Positions 59,397-64,000 of a DNA stretch of 64,000 bases are shown here, piece by piece. Under the pieces are notes generated by a model that saw nothing but the letters and a program-made list of their open reading frames with translations, was not told where the DNA came from and did no database searches. The stretch's first letter is position 1; each line of letters begins with the position of its first letter. Location of the stretch: NCBI GenBank assembly GCA_964562615.1, contig CAZLUD010000002.1, forward strand, positions 17,907 through 81,906, read 5' to 3'. A program made the translations under genes and the position numbers. Origin of the DNA: an uncultured Candidatus Saccharibacteria bacterium. GTDB lineage: Bacteria; Patescibacteriota; Minisyncoccia; Phycocordibacterales; UBA12088.

Positions 59397-59753
59397 TTAT
59401 TTTTCGTTAATCAGAAGGCGCTTCAACATTCTGTCTCTCAGTTTGTTTTTTGGAAGCATGCCACTTATTGCTCGTATCAACAATTCCTTACCTCCTTTCT
59501 TTGCGATAAGGTCCTTGAGTATTTCTCGTTTTTGATTTCCTGGATAGCCTGAGTAGCTGTAGTACGCCTTATCGTTTCGCTTATTCTCATCAATAGTGAG
59601 TGAGCCAGCATTCTCAATAACCACCTTGCCCTCGCCTTCTTTGTGGCGAGCGTAATGAGGCGTGTCTTTGCCCATAAGGATGGTTGCAGCTTCAGAAGCT
59701 ACTCTTCCGAGCCTCTTTCCTTTTGCGTCAATTGTGTAAATTTTTTCATTCAT
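59397..59753 (-). CDS. rplM: 50S ribosomal protein L13
   Basis: IDA....LGRVAS, YSGYPG, GMLPKN. Confidence 0.95.
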   Translation of the reverse strand: MNEKIYTIDAKGKRLGRVASEAATILMGKDTPHYARHKEGEGKVVIENAGSLTIDENKRNDKAYYSYSGYPGNQKREILKDLIAKKGGKELLIRAISGMLPKNKLRDRMLKRLLINEK

Positions 59754-59772
59754 ACGTTGAGAATTGAGCGTA

Positions 59773-60126
59773 CTATACAAATGCGATTTTGGCTACGCTT
59801 CGGGCATCCATTCCTCGCTGACCCATCTTAACTATTCGAGTATATCCACCAGCTCGGTCTTTATACTTTGGTGCAAGGACAGTAAATAGCTTTGCAACAA
59901 CCTCTTCATCGTTATTAACTCGAGATGCGATAAGTCGTCTGCTTGAAAGAGTGTCTACCTTTGCCTTTGTGATGAGCTTCTCTACTGCTGGGCGTAGCGC
60001 CTTTGCCTTTGCTTCTGTGGTGGTAATAACATCACGCAATACAAGCTCACGTACCAAAGACATGATAAGCGCGTTGCGTTCATTTCGGCTGCGTCCTAGT
60101 GTATTAAGTTTAGCTCCGTGCTTCAT
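59773..60126 (-). CDS. rplQ: 50S ribosomal protein L17
   Basis: TTEAKAK, EKLIT, R.GGYTRI. Confidence 0.97.
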   Translation of the reverse strand: MKHGAKLNTLGRSRNERNALIMSLVRELVLRDVITTTEAKAKALRPAVEKLITKAKVDTLSSRRLIASRVNNDEEVVAKLFTVLAPKYKDRAGGYTRIVKMGQRGMDARSVAKIAFV

Positions 60127-60127
60127 A

Positions 60128-61120
60128 TTAGCTTCTTAGAGTTATACCAAAATTGCTGAGTGCTCGCTTTATCTCTTGAAGACCTTTTACTCCAAGTCCT
60201 TCAATCGCAAGAATATCGTCTTCTCTCTTTCTTGCAAGTCCACCAACAGTTCGTATGCCAGCAACGCCAAGAGCTGAAACTGTTCGTGTTGAAAGAGAAA
60301 GAGTTTCTATTCGTGTCTTTAGCATTTCAACATCATCTTCTTTGCCCTCATGAGTTTCTTTAGACTCCTTTACTGGGGCCTCAATTGCTCGTGATTCTTT
60401 TGCCTCCTCATCGCGAGAGAAGGTTTCTTTAGGATCCTGAAAACCAATAACTGACTTCAGTTGGTAGATCATTATCTCAATTGACTTCTCGAGTGCTTCC
60501 TTTGGAGTTACGGTGCCGTCAGTCTCAATAGTTATTCGAAGACGGTTGTAATCTGTTCTGTCACCTACGCGCATGTTTTCTACCTCGTAGTTAACTCGTC
60601 TAATTGGAGTAAATGCAGCATCAAGCGCGATAGTACCAACATCTACCTTGTCTTCCTGAATTTGCTCTCGAGGTACGTAACCAATGCCCTTTTGTACGGT
60701 AAGCTCAGCGTAGAATTCAGTCTTGCTCGTAACATCACAAATGTACTGCTCTGGGTTATGTACGCTTACTTGAGTAGGTAGTGTAAAGTCAGCCGCAGTA
60801 ACGTTTTTAGGACCCTTTATTTTAAGGGCAATAGTCTGAGTGTCGTCACCAATAAGTGAAAGACGAACCTTTTTGAGATTGAGAAGAATAGTGATGATGT
60901 CCTCCTTTACTCCTTCTTTAGTACTAAACTCATGAGGTACACCCTCAATTTTTACCTTAGTGATAGCTGCGCCTGGCAGAGAGGAGAGAATTATTCGTCG
61001 TAGTGAGTTACCAAGCGTATGGCCATATCCTGGATATAGACCATCAATCTCAAAGACACCTGAGTTTTGAGACTCAGAGACAATCTTTGGCTTTGATGGC
61101 AGTGTTACATGAAGTTCCAT
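60128..61120 (-). CDS. rpoA: RNA polymerase subunit alpha
   Basis: GYGHTLGNSLRRIILSSLPG, alpha-CTD. Confidence 0.98.
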   Translation of the reverse strand: MELHVTLPSKPKIVSESQNSGVFEIDGLYPGYGHTLGNSLRRIILSSLPGAAITKVKIEGVPHEFSTKEGVKEDIITILLNLKKVRLSLIGDDTQTIALKIKGPKNVTAADFTLPTQVSVHNPEQYICDVTSKTEFYAELTVQKGIGYVPREQIQEDKVDVGTIALDAAFTPIRRVNYEVENMRVGDRTDYNRLRITIETDGTVTPKEALEKSIEIMIYQLKSVIGFQDPKETFSRDEEAKESRAIEAPVKESKETHEGKEDDVEMLKTRIETLSLSTRTVSALGVAGIRTVGGLARKREDDILAIEGLGVKGLQEIKRALSNFGITLRS

Positions 61121-61146
61121 ATGCAAAAATAAAATCCTAATAATTA

Positions 61147-61755
61147 CTATCGGCTATAAAATTCAAGTACCTGCGCAAGGTCAAACGGCATGTCAGTATT
61201 CTCTGCGTTTGGCTGTTCAAGGACGGTAGCAACAAGTGATGTATTTTCAAACTTTATCCAACGTGGTGCGGTGACATCAGCAATTTTCTCTTTCGCCTCA
61301 ACAATGTGAGCCTTTGACTTGCTTCCATCACGCACTTCGACAACGTCACCCTTTGAAAGATTATATGAAGGTACGGTAACGCGCTTTTTGTTAACCATAA
61401 CATGGCCATGAGCAGCCATCTGTCTTGCTGCTCGTCTTGTCTTGGTTAGACCTACACGATACAGCGTATTATCAAGTCGGCTCTCTAGCTTTGAAAGAAG
61501 CTCAGTCTTTGCTTCCTTACCGTGAGCAAGTGATTCATCAACATACTTTCTAAACTGTCGCTCGGTAATACCGTAGAGCATACGTACACGCTGCTTCTCA
61601 AGCATCTGCTTTGCAAAGTCAGACATATTACCTTTTGATCGCTTCTCTGATTTCTTAGATCGCTCCTCAGACAAAGAAAACTTTTGATTTTGGCACTTCT
61701 CAAAAACGCCATTACCAAGTCTCTTACAAATTTTGTATCGTGGTCCTGTTTTCAT
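61147..61755 (-). CDS. rpsD: 30S ribosomal protein S4
   Basis: EKQ..R..YG..ERQF, LESRLDN, EFYSR. Confidence 0.98.
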   Translation of the reverse strand: MKTGPRYKICKRLGNGVFEKCQNQKFSLSEERSKKSEKRSKGNMSDFAKQMLEKQRVRMLYGITERQFRKYVDESLAHGKEAKTELLSKLESRLDNTLYRVGLTKTRRAARQMAAHGHVMVNKKRVTVPSYNLSKGDVVEVRDGSKSKAHIVEAKEKIADVTAPRWIKFENTSLVATVLEQPNAENTDMPFDLAQVLEFYSR

Positions 61756-61758
61756 ATA

Positions 61759-62193
61759 TTATACGCGTCTTGCTTTCTTAGGCCTTGGTCCATTGTGTGG
61801 GTTAGGCGTTCTGTCTTGTATATTTGAAACCTCAAATCCCTTACCCACAAAGGCGCGAAGAGCAGATTCTCTTCCTGATCCAACGCCGTTGATGACTACT
61901 GAAACAGTTTTGATACCCATCTGTCCAGCCTTTTCGCCAATAAGCTCCCCTACCTTAGCAGCAGCAAACGGGGTACTCTTTTTTGCTCCCTTAAATCCTA
62001 GTGCTCCTGCAGATGAGCTACTGACTACGTTACCCTTTTCATCGGTAAGAGTGATGGTGGTGTTGTTGTATGACGCAATAACATGGAGAACAGCTGAATC
62101 GAACCTTCTCTTTACAGACTTCGAAAGTGCTCGGGCTTTTAGGCCTTGATCAACTGATCCTCCTGGTTTTTTTACAATTCGTTTCTTACCCAT
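61759..62193 (-). CDS. rpsK: 30S ribosomal protein S11
   Basis: SYNNT, KSTPFAA, PHNG.RP. Confidence 0.98.
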   Translation of the reverse strand: MGKKRIVKKPGGSVDQGLKARALSKSVKRRFDSAVLHVIASYNNTTITLTDEKGNVVSSSSAGALGFKGAKKSTPFAAAKVGELIGEKAGQMGIKTVSVVINGVGSGRESALRAFVGKGFEVSNIQDRTPNPHNGPRPKKARRV

Positions 62194-62207
62194 AGGTATT
62201 GTCAGTA

Positions 62208-62588
62208 TTATTTCTTCTCTACTGTCTTCTTACCAGAACCCATCGTCTTCTTTACCCCCTTCAATGTTCGTCCGTTTGTCTTTGTTCGTTGCCCTCTTGA
62301 AGGTAGCTTCTTTGAGTGACGTGAGCCTCTGTATGACTGGATATCCTTCAATCGCTTTATATGAGCACCTACAACACGTCTGAGCTCGCCTTCTATTGGA
62401 CCAAGTGACTCAATGTGCGTTCTTATTGCGTTCTCCTCGTTTTCTGAAAGGTCAGTCGGCTTTTTTGATGGGTCAATCTTGAGGTCGTGCAGAATTTTAA
62501 GAGCCTTGGGTCGTCCAATACCATACACTGCAGTGAGTGCAAATTCAAGGTGCTTCTTATCTGGAATGGTGATGCCTGAAATACGCAT
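62208..62588 (-). CDS. rpsM: 30S ribosomal protein S13
   Basis: RISG, YGIG, YRG.RH...LP.RGQRTKTN. Confidence 0.98.
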   Translation of the reverse strand: MRISGITIPDKKHLEFALTAVYGIGRPKALKILHDLKIDPSKKPTDLSENEENAIRTHIESLGPIEGELRRVVGAHIKRLKDIQSYRGSRHSKKLPSRGQRTKTNGRTLKGVKKTMGSGKKTVEKK

Positions 62589-62589
62589 A

Positions 62590-62706
62590 TTATCCTTGTC
62601 GTTGTTTATTTCTTGGGTTCTTTTTGTTAATGACGTAAATACGCCCGCGTCTGCGGACTATTTTGTCGTCTGGACTTCTTTTTTTGATAGATGATCGAAC
62701 TTTCAT
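62590..62706 (-). CDS. rpmJ: 50S ribosomal protein L36 (zinc-free form), absent from the ORF track
   Basis: Manual translation [38 protein letters not shown]. Confidence 0.95.
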   Translation of the reverse strand: MKVRSSIKKRSPDDKIVRRRGRIYVINKKNPRNKQRQG

Positions 62707-62732
62707 ACCTAGTTGTCTTTGTTCTCCATCAA

Positions 62733-62945
62733 TTAGAGACGTTTTACAATTCTTGCTTTACCACCGTAAGGGTCTAGCTCGACTCTTACCGAGTCGCCAA
62801 CCAAAACCTTAATTCTGTGTATTCTCATCTTCCCTGCAAGATATGCGAGGATTAATTCCCCACTTTCTTCCAAGCGGACTCTAAACAGAGTATTCGGGAG
62901 CGCCTCTTCAATGGTGCCCGTTTGCTGTTCGATCTGCTTATTCAT
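62733..62945 (-). CDS. infA: Translation initiation factor IF-1
   Basis: [14 protein letters not shown]...I.VLVGD.V. Confidence 0.97.
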   Translation of the reverse strand: MNKQIEQQTGTIEEALPNTLFRVRLEESGELILAYLAGKMRIHRIKVLVGDSVRVELDPYGGKARIVKRL

Positions 62946-62988
62946 GCCGGATTGACAAGGTTATGACATAGTACATGAGCCGGTATTC

Positions 62989-64000
62989 CTAGTCAAGCAC
63001 ATTGTCTATAGATATATCCTTTGCATCAACCGGAAAGGCCTGTTTCCAGAATGGTCGTAGGGTTACCTCAGCTTTATCGATGCTTGGGTAGCCAGAAAGC
63101 ACTGTATATAGCGCTTGTCTGTTTTTGCCAGCCAAATCCTTCTTTAGCGCCTCCGCATCAAAGAGCCATCTAAATTCAACAGTCCCTTTTATAGATAGCT
63201 GTACTGACGAAATAGTCGCTGAATCAGTGGGTATTGGAGTGGCAAGGGTTATTTCTAGGTCCGATAAGTTCTCGATCATCACGTCCTCATTGTTGTAGTC
63301 GGTAAGGCTCGCATTTGCGATTGCTTTTGCAAGTGCACGCTCATCAAGCATAATGTAGTCTGCATGTATTGCCTCCTCTACAACTACTGAGTTATCAACA
63401 TCCGCATTTTTTGGTTCAGCAGAGATAACAGAGACTTTTACAAGGTCTTTATCAACATAAAAGCCCTCCTTTTTTTCTGATTGTAGCTTTTTTTCAAGAG
63501 AGGAAAGGATCGCTGCGGTCATTTCTGCACGCGTAGAGGTAACAACCGCATCATCAGCTATTTGCTTAATACCATTGTATCCCCCGGTGATTGGCGTATT
63601 GGTTACTGCTTCAAAACCTGAGAATCGAGGAGAGCCAGAAAATCCGGGTATAGTCATTTTTGCTGAGGCAAGATTGTACTCCTCACCAGGAGCGTCAGCG
63701 TACAGTGTAGCGACAATTTTTCCTGGAACCACGTCACCATTTGGCTTCTTGGTTAAGCCAGGAACTTCAACTGCATCTCGGATTCTGTACACTTTTTTGT
63801 CAGCAGTTTCAAATCTAGTGTTGGCAATAAGACGCTGACTGTCTTCTGAATAGGTATTAATGATGGTGACCTCGCCTTTAGCGTACTCCTTAACTGACGC
63901 TTCCTTTACTGCAGGAATTACCTCCGTTTTGCTGTCGCTTAGTGACATCACTTCAAAGGTAAGTGGTGCATTTGGTGAGTTATCTGCCCTAATCGTGCCG
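62989..64000 (-). CDS. Hypothetical protein (baseplate-J-like beta domains), N-terminus outside window
   Basis: A.GEVTIIN..Q.L...TRF, AD.PGEEYN, GG patterns; frame appears open to window edge. Confidence 0.65.
   Translation of the reverse strand, partial: GTIRADNSPNAPLTFEVMSLSDSKTEVIPAVKEASVKEYAKGEVTIINTYSEDSQRLIANTRFETADKKVYRIRDAVEVPGLTKKPNGDVVPGKIVATLYADAPGEEYNLASAKMTIPGFSGSPRFSGFEAVTNTPITGGYNGIKQIADDAVVTSTRAEMTAAILSSLEKKLQSEKKEGFYVDKDLVKVSVISAEPKNADVDNSVVVEEAIHADYIMLDERALAKAIANASLTDYNNEDVMIENLSDLEITLATPIPTDSATISSVQLSIKGTVEFRWLFDAEALKKDLAGKNRQALYTVLSGYPSIDKAEVTLRPFWKQAFPVDAKDISIDNVLD

Noticed and set aside
62989-64000. Prophage signal from the baseplate-J-like protein
   Set aside because: No other phage genes; sits next to infA in core context
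1-64000. Numerous antisense or overlapping ORFs in the track, and an alternative genetic code
   Set aside because: They are shadow frames of recognised genes; TGA terminates conserved genes (mraZ, rsmH, murG) normally, so code 11 applies

Overview
Chromosomal segment of a Patescibacteria/CPR (Parcubacteria-like) bacterium, genetic code 11. The taxon is inferred from gene content, compact genes and many leaderless starts. Most of the window is housekeeping: cell wall/division genes (mrdA, mraZ-rsmH-ftsL-ftsI-mur, mraY-ftsW-murG), five aminoacyl-tRNA synthetases, dnaB/recR/rmuC, scpAB, an oxidative pentose-phosphate cluster, grpE-dnaK-dnaJ and the infA-rpmJ-S13-S11-S4-rpoA-L17-L13-S9 block. Accessory signals: (1) an integrase-less defence island at tRNA-Glu (HTH controller, two DNA methyltransferases, putative REase, OLD-like nuclease), bracketed by perfect 242-bp inverted repeats and tRNA-3'-end direct repeats. 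(2) About six self-contained orphan gene units (promoter, strong SD, ORF, hairpin) between core genes. (3) Three candidate structured ncRNAs and a type-I-toxin-like 31-aa peptide. (4) A dif-like site where gene orientation flips, probably the replication terminus. (5) An acyltransferase / acyl-reductase-like / 7TM histidine kinase cluster. All calls come from reading the sequence; no database search or folding program was run.
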